Positions 37,038 to 47,268 of a stretch of 64,000 nt of DNA are shown one piece after another (position 1 is the stretch's first letter; each line of letters opens with the position of its first letter). The notes under the pieces are model-generated. The model saw only the letters and a program-made list of their open reading frames with translations, did not search any database and had not been told where the DNA came from. The stretch is from positions 77,855-141,854 of the forward strand of contig JANWVL010000110.1 of the NCBI GenBank assembly GCA_025056655.1, in the 5' to 3' direction. The translations under genes and the position numbers were made by a program. Source of the DNA: Candidatus Methylacidiphilales bacterium. Its GTDB lineage: Bacteria; Verrucomicrobiota; Verrucomicrobiia; Methylacidiphilales; JANWVL01.

Positions 37038-38831
37038 TTATGACTCGGCCAAGCTCCATTTCAAGCGGAAAGAGACGCGTCGAGGTGAGGCGTTGGGGTG
37101 CTGGGCAGCTTGTGGAGAGAGGGTCGGCATGCTGCTTCCTACGCCGATGGGGGTAAGCATGATAGGGGGAGGTTCTTGGAGGACAAGGAGGGCCATGATG
37201 CGGTTGGCGCGGGTGATGCTGAGGGTGTCGTTCATTTCTTGAGCGCCGGTGGGATCGGTGTGGCCGAGAATTTCGAGGGAGATTTGATAGTCGAGGGTTT
37301 CAGCTAAGGGGACGAGGCTTTTGAGGTAGTTGATCAGGTCTATGAGGACGGTTTCTTGGCCTGGGATGGGTATGGATTGGGAGGGGTCGAAGAAGATATG
37401 TAGAGCTTCGATTTTTTGGACGATGGATTGGAAGGCTTGCATTTCGATGTTGACGAGGTCGTCGGTGACGAAGCGTTGCACGCCGTTAATCGCTGGCCAG
37501 CGTGCTAGGGCGTCTTGGATCCATCTGTGGTGAGCGCGGCCGCTGGCGATTAGGATATTATCGGCCAGCTTGAGGGTGACGGTGTCGGGTGGATTAAGGT
37601 ATTCGAGGGCGCGGCGATAGATGAGGTCGGGTTCGAGTGAGAGGATTTGTTTCCATGAGGTGGAAATTGTTTTGGGATCGATTTGGTATTTGGGGGCGAG
37701 ATCGAGAGGATCTGAGGCGTGAGGGTCTTTTAGTCCTGAGAGGGTGTAGCGGCCTTCGGCGTGGTGGGAGTAGGTGATGATGACGCCTGGGAGTGAGGAG
37801 GCTTCGAGGAGGAAGCGTTGCCACTGGCGTTCTTTTTCGGCGAGGAGGAGTTGGTGTTGATGGTGGCGGTGGTAGCCATAACCAATTAGGCCTATGATGG
37901 TGAGGAGAAGGAGTAGTAAGATCCAGGAGAAATGGCGGGGAGGAGTTCTTTTTTCTTTTTTCAAGCAGGCTTCTAGGAGTGGGCGTGTGGCTAGGAAGGG
38001 AGAGGTGTCGCCTTGGAAATCGAGTAATGGGATTCGGAAGTCGTAGTAGATTTGCTCGAGGGTGCGCTGGAAGAGGTGGTGGAGCTCTGGGGTGACGGTG
38101 CCGCGGACGACGGCGGCGAGGATGGCAGTGGGGGATTGCTCGACTTGGACGACTAATTCACCGACGCGGAAAGAGTCGAGGTTGTGGTCGGGATTGGCGC
38201 CGAATGAGTCGCGAACGAAGTCTTGGATGGCTGTGAGCATGCTGGAGACGAGTTGTGGGTCGCGTTGATCGGTGTCGTCTGCGGATACGTGCTGGAGGAG
38301 GAGACCAGATTTTCTGTGGATGAGGAAGACTTGCTCGACGCGGTAGAGGAGGGTGTGGGAAAGGACGACTTCAGCGTAGGGGCGGCCCGTGCGCCAAGCT
38401 TGCCAGCGCCAACGTAGGCCTTCGAGGGTGAAGGTGTGCTCGACGCTTTGTGTGATATTTTCAATGAGGGAACTGAAACTTGCGGCGATGGATTTTCGGA
38501 TCGTGGGTCCGATGAGAGGGAAGAGGGCATCGACGAAGAGGTGTGGTTTTTGCTTGAAGAGAGCGTCGAGGATGTCCTGGACGGTCGAGGTGAGGGCGCT
38601 GGAGAGTTTTTGGCTGCGTGAGGCGGCTTGTGCTATGGCCTCGGGGAGGATGGGGGAGACATCTTCCGGCCGGAGGCGGAAGTTGTTCATTCGTCTTTCG
38701 AGTCGCTCGATGCGTGCGCGCTCGTTTTGGTTGAGGATTTGGGTGAGCTCGGAGAAGGCTTGGTCGTCACTTTTGCTGGAATAGCTTGAGGCTTGTGCTG
38801 GGGGGATAGGAGGGGTGGGGGCGGGGGGCAT
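37038..38831 (-). CDS. Uncharacterised membrane protein with C-terminal OmpA-like peptidoglycan-binding domain
   Basis: 597 aa with a cytoplasmic N-region (LTQILNQNERARIERLERRMNN; VFLIHRKSGLLLQHVS....VSSMLTAIQDFVRDSF) and a single TM (WILLLLLLTIIGLIGYGY). The C-terminal OmpA-like motif is ILGHTDPTG....ITRANRIMALL....RRVSFRL. Confidence 0.6.
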   Translation of the reverse strand: MPPAPTPPIPPAQASSYSSKSDDQAFSELTQILNQNERARIERLERRMNNFRLRPEDVSPILPEAIAQAASRSQKLSSALTSTVQDILDALFKQKPHLFVDALFPLIGPTIRKSIAASFSSLIENITQSVEHTFTLEGLRWRWQAWRTGRPYAEVVLSHTLLYRVEQVFLIHRKSGLLLQHVSADDTDQRDPQLVSSMLTAIQDFVRDSFGANPDHNLDSFRVGELVVQVEQSPTAILAAVVRGTVTPELHHLFQRTLEQIYYDFRIPLLDFQGDTSPFLATRPLLEACLKKEKRTPPRHFSWILLLLLLTIIGLIGYGYHRHHQHQLLLAEKERQWQRFLLEASSLPGVIITYSHHAEGRYTLSGLKDPHASDPLDLAPKYQIDPKTISTSWKQILSLEPDLIYRRALEYLNPPDTVTLKLADNILIASGRAHHRWIQDALARWPAINGVQRFVTDDLVNIEMQAFQSIVQKIEALHIFFDPSQSIPIPGQETVLIDLINYLKSLVPLAETLDYQISLEILGHTDPTGAQEMNDTLSITRANRIMALLVLQEPPPIMLTPIGVGSSMPTLSPQAAQHPNASPRRVSFRLKWSLAES

Positions 38832-38846
38832 GGCTGGGGAGTGACG

Positions 38847-39683
38847 TCACGGGTGAGGGGGATTTTCGTAGCGGGGTTGGGTTTGGGGGGATGGGGAGGC
38901 AGAGGTGTTGAGTAGGCGTTTGGCCATTTCGGAGAACATTTCTGCGATGAGGCGGCGATCGGCTTTGTCGTTGCGGAGGTCGTTGGTGGCTTTGGCTAGC
39001 ATGTCGTAGAGGGTGTTGTGTTGTTGGCGGATTTGTTCGCCGATGCGCGCTTGTTCTTGTTGTGCTCTGGCGGTCAGGGATTCAATTCGGTCGCGTGTTT
39101 CTTGGGCGAGGATTAGGGTGGCGCGGTCGAGAGATTTGTAGTGCTCATCGAAAAGAGCTTTGAGGTGGTTGATTTCTTGGGTGAATTTGGATTCGAGTTG
39201 TAGGATGCGATTTTCGATGCGGCGGATTTCATCACCAAAGATGAGTTCTCTGATTTTATCGAGGTTGCTGCTGCCGTCTTGTTGAGGTGGAGGGGTGGGG
39301 CGATCGGGAGAGGTGGCAGGTTGCGAGGTAGAGGGGGTTGGGGATGGGTGTGTGGAGAACGATGGGTCTGGGGTAGTCGGGGTGTTTGGGGGATGGGGTT
39401 GTGTTTGTGGATCTGGGGAGGGGGTGGGGGGAGTCGAGTTGGGAGGGGTGTGCGGAGCGGGTCTGGATGTGGGGTAAATAGATGGCCGGAGTGGGATGGA
39501 GGGGTCTGGTTGATGGGGATAGGGGTTGACGGGTGGGTGGGGATGTGGTGGTTGGGAGGGATGAGTAGGGGTGTGAGTTTGTTCCGGTTGTTGTGTGGGG
39601 TGTGGAAATTGAGGATGCGACTGGGGTGATGTGGGTGAGGGTCTTGGGACTGGCTTAGGGATGTAGGGCGGTGTGGGGTCCAT
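38847..39683 (-). CDS. Pro-rich / coiled-coil protein of unknown function
   Basis: 278 aa. The first ~140 residues are P/T/S/H/Q low complexity. The C-terminal ~135 residues are coiled coil (KIRELIFGDEIRRIENRILQLESKFTQEINHLKALFDEH...). First gene of the three-gene operon. Confidence 0.5.
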   Translation of the reverse strand: MDPTPPYIPKPVPRPSPTSPQSHPQFPHPTQQPEQTHTPTHPSQPPHPHPPVNPYPHQPDPSIPLRPSIYPTSRPAPHTPPNSTPPTPSPDPQTQPHPPNTPTTPDPSFSTHPSPTPSTSQPATSPDRPTPPPQQDGSSNLDKIRELIFGDEIRRIENRILQLESKFTQEINHLKALFDEHYKSLDRATLILAQETRDRIESLTARAQQEQARIGEQIRQQHNTLYDMLAKATNDLRNDKADRRLIAEMFSEMAKRLLNTSASPSPQTQPRYENPPHP

Positions 39684-39753
39684 AGCAGGGGGAGGCTTGT
39701 GTTTGTTTTATTATTACAATTTATTGGATAGCATGATGGGGTAAAGCGGAATT

Positions 39754-39769
39754 AGCAATTATTGTGCCT
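39754..39769 (-). promoter_or_regulatory. Sigma-54-like promoter (AGGCAC-aataa-TTGCT on the minus strand)
   Basis: The + strand reads agcaattattgtgcct and its reverse complement is AGGCACAATAATTGCT. GG and GC are separated by exactly 10 nt. It lies ~70 nt upstream of the start codon at 39683. Confidence 0.45.
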
Positions 39770-40090
39770 AAAAAAAGTGGAAGGATGGAAAATTTTGATT
39801 TTTATGTGTAAATATTTGAATATAAAGCCGATAATTCGATAGCGAATTTTGGCAAGATTAGGTGGTGGGCTTTGCTGGGGTAATTTAAGGAAATTTTTGC
39901 AGGGGATGATATAATTTTTTAGGGCTTTTATGCTCACGAAGTTACATCGGAAAAGCGGCTCGAGCATGTAGTTGGCCGAGGTTTTTTTATAAGGGAAGCG
40001 AGAAGGGCGGAGTGGAGCTTATGTGCTCGACAAAGATAGGTGGGTTGTGGGTAGACTGAGCGAGTGGTTTTGAGAAAGAGGATATTTAGT

Positions 40091-41308
40091 ATGTATTTTT
40101 GGCTTGGGCTGAGTGTGTTTGCGGCGTTGATGGTCGGATGTGGGGGGTTGGATGAGAGTCGGGTTGTGCGGGTGTGGCATATGAAGGCTCAGTCGGAGCG
40201 AGCTTTGCTGGAGGAAATAGTCAGGGAGTATAACGCTTTGCATAAGGATCGGCGGGTAGTGGTGTTAAACAAGCCTGTAGAGGAATTGCGGAATCATTTT
40301 TTGGCGGCGGCGGTTGCGGGTGTTGGGCCAGATTTGGTTTATGTAGCTTCGGATAATGTGGGAGTGTTTGAACTGACGGGGGTGATTATGCCATTGGACG
40401 AGGTGCTAGGAGCTGATTTTTTTGAGGAGTTTCATGAGAAGGGAAAGGTGTCTTGGAAGGGGCGTCAATGGATGGTGGCGGATAAGGTTGGGGATCATTT
40501 GATGTTGATCTACAATCGCGATTTGATTTCTGAGCCGCCTCGTGATTTTGATGAGTTTGTGAAGGTGCTTAAGGAGGTTACTCGGGATGGTGAGGAGATG
40601 GGCCAAAAGCGGTATGGGATAACGTGGAATTATCAAGAGCCGTTTTTTTTCATTCCTTTTTTGACGGCATTTGGTGGTTGGCTGATGGATGAATCTGGAC
40701 GTCCTACATTAGATACTCCGCAGATGGTGGAGGCGTTGCGGTTTGTTTCGGAGTTGCGAAATGTGCATAGGGTTGTGCCGCCGGAGACCGATTACCAAAT
40801 TTCCGATGCTTTATTTAAGGAGGGTCGTGCGGCGATGATTATCAATGGTCCTTGGTCTTGGGCTGATTATCAGGTGCCGAAGCGGAGTATGATTGCGCCG
40901 TTGCCTTACAATAGTGAGAAGGGATTTTGGGCAGAGCCACTGGTGTCTGCCTGTGGTTATTGTGTGAATGTGAATGTAAAGCGTGAGAAACTGCCGCTTG
41001 TGTTGGAGGTGCTTAAGTATTTGACTTCTGAGGAGACGCAACGGCGGATGGTCGAGCGGTTGCTGAGTTTTCCGACGCGTTTGTCAGTGATTGAGTCTGG
41101 TCTTGTGCAGGGTAATCCGATTTTGCAAAAGTCGTGGGAGCAGATACTACGCGGTCGTCCTATGCCGATTGCTCCTGTCCTGCGTCAGATATGGGATGGT
41201 ATGCGCGGTGCATATCAGCTTATTATGGCTGGGAAGCTCAGCCCTGAGGAGGGGGCGCGTCGCATGCAGGCGGACACTGAAAAGCTTATTCGCGATAGTC
41301 AGATGTGA
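40091..41308 (+). CDS. ABC transporter substrate-binding lipoprotein (sugar/maltodextrin-type, family 1)
   Basis: The likely start is MYFWLGLSVFAALMVGCGG (lipobox), preceded by agagga. The overall pattern is MalE/UgpB-like (..AAMIINGPWSWADY..). Confidence 0.8.
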   Translation: MYFWLGLSVFAALMVGCGGLDESRVVRVWHMKAQSERALLEEIVREYNALHKDRRVVVLNKPVEELRNHFLAAAVAGVGPDLVYVASDNVGVFELTGVIMPLDEVLGADFFEEFHEKGKVSWKGRQWMVADKVGDHLMLIYNRDLISEPPRDFDEFVKVLKEVTRDGEEMGQKRYGITWNYQEPFFFIPFLTAFGGWLMDESGRPTLDTPQMVEALRFVSELRNVHRVVPPETDYQISDALFKEGRAAMIINGPWSWADYQVPKRSMIAPLPYNSEKGFWAEPLVSACGYCVNVNVKREKLPLVLEVLKYLTSEETQRRMVERLLSFPTRLSVIESGLVQGNPILQKSWEQILRGRPMPIAPVLRQIWDGMRGAYQLIMAGKLSPEEGARRMQADTEKLIRDSQM

Positions 41309-41312
41309 GTTT

Positions 41313-42203
41313 ATGTATCGAGCTTCGCGTTTCCCGATTTTTCTCAGTTTTTTAATTGGGCCGATGCTGGTGATTGTGTTGGCGGTAGTCGCTTATCCGT
41401 TTTTTTACAATATTGTGCTTTCGTTTTCGAATGCGAATCTTTATACGATACGCGATTGGCGGATAGTCGGCATTCGGCAATATGTTGCGGTCTTTTCTGA
41501 GCCGATTTTATGGGAGCTTTTGATTAAGACTTTGGTTTGGACAGTGGTGAATGTGTTTTTTCATGTTACGATTGGGGTGGCTCTTGCTGTTGCGTTGCAC
41601 CAGAAGTTTATTCGTGGGAAGCCTTGGTGGAGGATGATTCTTATTCTTCCGTGGGCTTTGCCGCAGTATATTACTGCGTTGACATGGCGGGGGATGTTTA
41701 ACTACGACTATGGTGCAATAAATGTTATTTTGAGGGAGTATTTGAGGCTTCCGCCGGTGCAGTGGCTGGGCTCGCCTTTGGAGGCGTTTGTTGCGGTGAT
41801 TATTACGAATATTTGGATGGGTTTTCCTTTTATGATGGTTGTTGCTTTGGGTGGTTTGCAGTCTATCCCGAATGATTTGTATGAGGCTGCGGAGATAGAT
41901 GGTGCGAGTGCGTGGCAGCAGTTTTGTAATATCACGCTTCCGCTTCTTAGGCCGGTTTTAGCGCCGGCCATTACGCTTGGCACGGTGTGGACTTTTAATA
42001 ACATCAACGTTGTGTGGCTTGTTTCGAATATGGGTGAGCCTGCTGAGTCGACACATATTTTGGTGTCTTACGTGTATAAGGCTGCGTTTAGTATGTATCG
42101 GTTGGGGTGGGCGGCTGCTTTGTCTATGGTGATTTTTATGATTTTGGTGTTGATTACGCAGAGCTACATGCGCCATGTGAAAGCTTCGGAGCCCGTATAC
42201 TAG
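41313..42203 (+). CDS. ABC transporter permease (MalF/UgpA-type)
   Basis: The start is at MYRASRFPIF (ATG at 41313). The ORF-track N-terminal extension overlaps the SBP gene. It has 6 TM segments and the EAA loop LYEAAEIDGASAWQQFCNITLPLLRPVL. Confidence 0.85.
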   Translation: MYRASRFPIFLSFLIGPMLVIVLAVVAYPFFYNIVLSFSNANLYTIRDWRIVGIRQYVAVFSEPILWELLIKTLVWTVVNVFFHVTIGVALAVALHQKFIRGKPWWRMILILPWALPQYITALTWRGMFNYDYGAINVILREYLRLPPVQWLGSPLEAFVAVIITNIWMGFPFMMVVALGGLQSIPNDLYEAAEIDGASAWQQFCNITLPLLRPVLAPAITLGTVWTFNNINVVWLVSNMGEPAESTHILVSYVYKAAFSMYRLGWAAALSMVIFMILVLITQSYMRHVKASEPVY

Positions 42204-42226
42204 CGCTTTGGGAGGGGCGAGGATGA

Positions 42227-43921
42227 TCAGCGTGATCGGACGAAGTCGTGGATAGCTTCGATCATGTAGTCGAGCATTGCTGGGGTGAGGCCTGGGTAGA
42301 CGCCGATGAAGAGGGCGTGATTGAGGATGCGGTCGGCTCCTTTTAAGTCGCCAATGATTCGGATGGACTCGGGACGCTCTTTGCGGAGCTGAACGAAGGC
42401 AGGTTGTCGGAGGAGGTTTCCTCCGAAGAGCATGCGGTTGCCGATTTTCTTTTGATCGAGGTGGCGTGCGAGTTCTGTGCGGGTGAAGGGGGCGTTGGGT
42501 TTGACGAGGAGCATGAAACCGAACCAGGATGGTTGGACGTAGTTTTCGGGTTTATTTTTGTGCCATGTGAAGCCGGTTTGTGGGGACCAATCTTTGGCGT
42601 GTGTGGGGAGGTGAAAGTCGAAAAACTCGCTGAGGTCGTGAAGGCCTTGGCGTAGGGTGAGCCAGTTGTGTTGGCGTGCTTGGATGAAGTGGGGGAGCTT
42701 GAGGAGTTGTTGACGTGCGATTGCTGCTTGGGGGTCTAGTGGTTTTAGGTTGTAGCCGAGGTGTGAGTAGATGTATTTGTGGTCGTAACCTTGGGGTAAT
42801 TCGCCGAGTTGCCAGCCGAAGCGTTTGTTGCAGGTGTTGTCTTTTCCGGAGGGGCACCAGCAGTCTCGTCCCCAGTCGCGGAAGCTTTCGACGAGGACTT
42901 TTAGTTTCATATCGCGAACGATATTTACAGCGCCCCCTTCTCCCATTGTGAGGTGGTGGGGGGGGTAGAAGGATTGGGTGGAGAGGTCGCCCCATGTTCC
43001 GGTGAGTCGTCCTGCGTAGCGAGCTCCGAGGGCGTCGCAGTTGTCTTCGATGAGCCAGAGGTTGTGTTTTTGGCAGAAGTCTGTGATGCGATCGAGGTCG
43101 AAGGGGTTGCCTAGGGTGTGGGCCATGATGACGGCTTTGGTTTTTCCTGGGCGGTGGGCTTCTTCGAGGTGGGTGAGGTCGGCGTTGAGGGTGAGTGGAT
43201 CGTTGTCTAGGAAGACGGGGATGGCTCCGCATTGGATGATGGGGGCGACGGTGGTGGGGAATCCGGCGGCTGTCGTGATGACTTCGTCGCCGGGTAGGAT
43301 GCGGCGTTCTGGGGGGAGTTTGGGGCTGGTGAGGGCGGAGAGGGCGAGTAGGTTGGCTGAGGATCCGGAGTTGACGAGCAGTGAGCGTTTGACGCCGAGA
43401 TATTGGGCTAGTTCAGTTTCGAAGGCTTCTCCTTCGGGGCCTAGGGTTAGCCAGAAATCGAGGATGGAGTTGACGGCGGCTGTGACTTCGGCGGCGTCGA
43501 AGACGCGTCCTGCGTAGGGGATGGTGTCTTGGTGTGGGGTGAATGGGGGTGCGTCGTGTTGGTAGCCTGGTCGTTGGCGGGTGTGGGCGAGGTGTGAGTA
43601 GTGTTGGGTGAGGGTGAGGATGAGTTTTTTTTGGTATCGGAGGAGGGCGGAGGTTGTGAGGCTGGAGTCGGTGGGGGTGAGTGAGGTGGTGTGGTAGAGG
43701 TGCCGTTCTCTGAGCGAGATGGCGATTAGGTCGTGGAGTGGGTGTGTGGACCAGTCTGAGGATTGGAGGTGGAAGACTTGTGAGGTGGAGGAGATGGATG
43801 AGAGTAGTAGTGCAGCTTCGATGTAGGATTCGGAGTCTGGAGGGGTGAGGATGAGCACTTTTTTGGGGGGGGCGTTTTTTAGTTGGACGGTGGCGATTTG
43901 TCCTGGGGAGAAGTGGGTCAT
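42227..43921 (-). CDS. rfbH: RfbH/DdhC-like CDP-4-keto-6-deoxyglucose 3-dehydrase (DegT/DnrJ/EryC1 aminotransferase fold)
   Basis: IPYAGRVFDAAEVTAAVNSILDFWLTLGPEGEAFE...LVNSGSSANLLALSALTSPKL....ILPGDEVITTAAGFPTTVAPIIQCGAIPVFLD matches RfbH closely. The ORF carries a ~90-130 aa N-terminal extension of unknown nature. Confidence 0.8.
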   Translation of the reverse strand: MTHFSPGQIATVQLKNAPPKKVLILTPPDSESYIEAALLLSSISSTSQVFHLQSSDWSTHPLHDLIAISLRERHLYHTTSLTPTDSSLTTSALLRYQKKLILTLTQHYSHLAHTRQRPGYQHDAPPFTPHQDTIPYAGRVFDAAEVTAAVNSILDFWLTLGPEGEAFETELAQYLGVKRSLLVNSGSSANLLALSALTSPKLPPERRILPGDEVITTAAGFPTTVAPIIQCGAIPVFLDNDPLTLNADLTHLEEAHRPGKTKAVIMAHTLGNPFDLDRITDFCQKHNLWLIEDNCDALGARYAGRLTGTWGDLSTQSFYPPHHLTMGEGGAVNIVRDMKLKVLVESFRDWGRDCWCPSGKDNTCNKRFGWQLGELPQGYDHKYIYSHLGYNLKPLDPQAAIARQQLLKLPHFIQARQHNWLTLRQGLHDLSEFFDFHLPTHAKDWSPQTGFTWHKNKPENYVQPSWFGFMLLVKPNAPFTRTELARHLDQKKIGNRMLFGGNLLRQPAFVQLRKERPESIRIIGDLKGADRILNHALFIGVYPGLTPAMLDYMIEAIHDFVRSR

Positions 43922-43939
43922 GGGTGTAGGGTAGAGGTT

Positions 43940-45049
43940 TTATTGAGTCCACGGAAGGCCGATTTTACGGGCGTCGTGGGTGTAGTTTTCGATGTTTTCT
44001 TCGGTGAGGGCTTGGAGGTTTGTGGCTCCGTTCATGTAGGCGCGATACCAGCGTGCGGTGATGGCGATGGTGGTGGAGAAGTTCCATACGGGGGTCCAGC
44101 CGAGGAGGTGGTAGGCTTTGTCTATGGCTAGTTGTAGTCGTGAGGCTTCGTGGGGGGCGTGTGGGTCGGAGTGGTCGATCCAGGTGCCGGGGATGTGTTT
44201 TAGGAGTTCTTCGACGACTTGGGCCACTGGGCGATTGGATTCTAGGTGGGGGCCGAAGTTGAAGGTGCTGTAGAGGTGGAGTGGGTCGGGAGAGGTGGGG
44301 GTGGAGGGGAGGGTTGAGAGGACGACTCCGAGCCAGAGGTAGCCGGAGAGGGGTTCGAGGACGTGTTGCCAGGGGCGTGTGGCGTGGGGGTTGCGGATGG
44401 GTATGGGCTGAGATTGGCTTAGTGCGCGTATGCAGTCTGGGATGAGGCGGTCTTTTGCCCAGTCGCCTCCGCCGATGACGTTGCCGGCGCGTGCGGATGC
44501 GATGCGGATGGGTGAGGGTGGGGCGAAGAAGGAGCGGCGGTAGGAGTGGATGGCGAGTTCTGCTGCGGCTTTGCTTGCGCTGTAGGGGTCGTGTCCGCCG
44601 AGGGGGTCGTCTTCGCGGTAGGCGTGGAGCCATTCGCGGTTTTCGTAACATTTGTCGGTGGTGATGAGGATTGCGGTGCAGGGTTTTTGTAGGGTGCGGA
44701 GGGTTTCGAGGATGTGTGCGGTGCCGAGGGTGTTGGTGTGCCAGGTTTCGATTGGGATGGAGTAGGATTCGCGGACGAGTGGTTGGGCGGCGAGGTGGAA
44801 GATGAGGTCGGGTTGGGTGTGGAGGATGATTTTTTGGATGTGGGCGAGATCGCGGATGTCGGCGATGTGGTGTTGGCAGTAGTTTTTGAGTTGGAGTTGA
44901 TCGAAGAGGTTGGGGGTGGTGTGAGGGGGGAGGCTTAGGCCGGTGATTTGGGCGCCGAGTTTGTGGAGCCAGAGGGTGAGCCAGGCGCCTTTGAAGCCGG
45001 TGTGGCCGGTGATGAGGACGCGTTTGTTTTGGTAGAAGTTGCGAAACAT
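43940..45049 (-). CDS. rfbG: CDP-glucose 4,6-dehydratase
   Basis: 369 aa with the N-terminal Rossmann motif KRVLITGHTGFKGAWLTLWL and the SDR catalytic YSASK. The layout is RfbG-like overall. Confidence 0.85.
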   Translation of the reverse strand: MFRNFYQNKRVLITGHTGFKGAWLTLWLHKLGAQITGLSLPPHTTPNLFDQLQLKNYCQHHIADIRDLAHIQKIILHTQPDLIFHLAAQPLVRESYSIPIETWHTNTLGTAHILETLRTLQKPCTAILITTDKCYENREWLHAYREDDPLGGHDPYSASKAAAELAIHSYRRSFFAPPSPIRIASARAGNVIGGGDWAKDRLIPDCIRALSQSQPIPIRNPHATRPWQHVLEPLSGYLWLGVVLSTLPSTPTSPDPLHLYSTFNFGPHLESNRPVAQVVEELLKHIPGTWIDHSDPHAPHEASRLQLAIDKAYHLLGWTPVWNFSTTIAITARWYRAYMNGATNLQALTEENIENYTHDARKIGLPWTQ

Positions 45050-45066
45050 GGTTGGGTGGGGGTGTT

Positions 45067-46560
<1,494 letters not shown>

Positions 46561-46582
46561 ATGGAGGGGGTGGTGAGGGGAT

Positions 46583-47242
46583 TTAGGGGTGTGGTTGAGT
46601 GGGGGGGGGTGTTGGGTGGGGTGAGGGGGTTTTGTTTTTGGAGCGGAGGAGGCGGAGGAGGTGGCGACGGAGGGGTTGTGGGTTGTGGAGGTCGGACCAG
46701 CGGCGGTGGATGTATCCTTTGGTGTTGAAGAGTGTGGCGGCGAGTTCGTTGGGTTTGTTGTTCCAGCCGAGGGCTTCGGCTATGGTTCCGTCGAAATCGG
46801 CTATGGTGTGGAGGTCGTGGCGGGGGGAGTTGGGGTTGCCGTTGGAGCGGTAGTAGGGGAGGAGTCGTTGGGCTTCTTGATCGAGGTTGGAGCGAATTTG
46901 GATGCGAACGATGGTGGGGAGGAGGTTGGCTAGGGAGTTTCTGAAGTCGATGACGACGATGAGGCGCCATTCTTTTAGGCCGCGGAGGTCGTCGAGGCTG
47001 CGGGCGATGGAGCGGGTGCGGTCGGCTAGGGGTTGGTTGGATTTGAGGACGAGGGTGATGATGCCGGGGGAGTTGATGTGGATTTTTTGTGCGTCGACGG
47101 TTTCGGCGTGGATGGGGGGGATGGAGATGAGTGGGGGGGGGAGGTCGGGTTGGGGTTGTGAGTTGAGGGGGGAGGGGAGGGGGATGATGAGGAGGGGGAG
47201 GAGGATGAGAGGGAGGGGCGGGTGGGGGTGGGGTTGGGACAT
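46583..47242 (-). CDS. Hypothetical secreted protein (219 aa)
   Basis: This is the C-terminal part of the 666-aa ORF-track entry. The plausible start is MSQPHPHPPLPLILLPLLIIPLPSPL (ATG at 47240-47242), a signal-like hydrophobic stretch. The body is not low-complexity. No family was recognised. Confidence 0.5.
   Translation of the reverse strand: MSQPHPHPPLPLILLPLLIIPLPSPLNSQPQPDLPPPLISIPPIHAETVDAQKIHINSPGIITLVLKSNQPLADRTRSIARSLDDLRGLKEWRLIVVIDFRNSLANLLPTIVRIQIRSNLDQEAQRLLPYYRSNGNPNSPRHDLHTIADFDGTIAEALGWNNKPNELAATLFNTKGYIHRRWSDLHNPQPLRRHLLRLLRSKNKTPSPHPTPPPTQPHP
46601..46609. repeat. G9 homopolymer near the 3' end of the 219-aa gene
   Basis: Counted directly from the sequence (gggggggggt at 46601-46610). 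Confidence 0.95.
47133..47141. repeat. G9 homopolymer inside the 219-aa gene (encodes LPPPL)
   Basis: Counted directly: g at 47133-47141. Confidence 0.95.
47211..47238 (+). other. G-quadruplex-type motif (GGG a GGGG c GGG t GGGGG t GGGG tt GGG)
   Basis: Read directly from the sequence. It lies on the template strand of the first codons of the 219-aa gene. Confidence 0.6.
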
Positions 47243-47268
47243 AGAAGGCTGGCTGTGCGGGGGTTGGT

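Noticed and set aside
39752-40243. Small ORFs (71 and 74 aa) in the AT-rich spacer and at the start of the SBP gene.
   Set aside because: They have low-complexity or AT-driven sequence and no RBS or family resemblance. The region is better explained as divergent promoter DNA.
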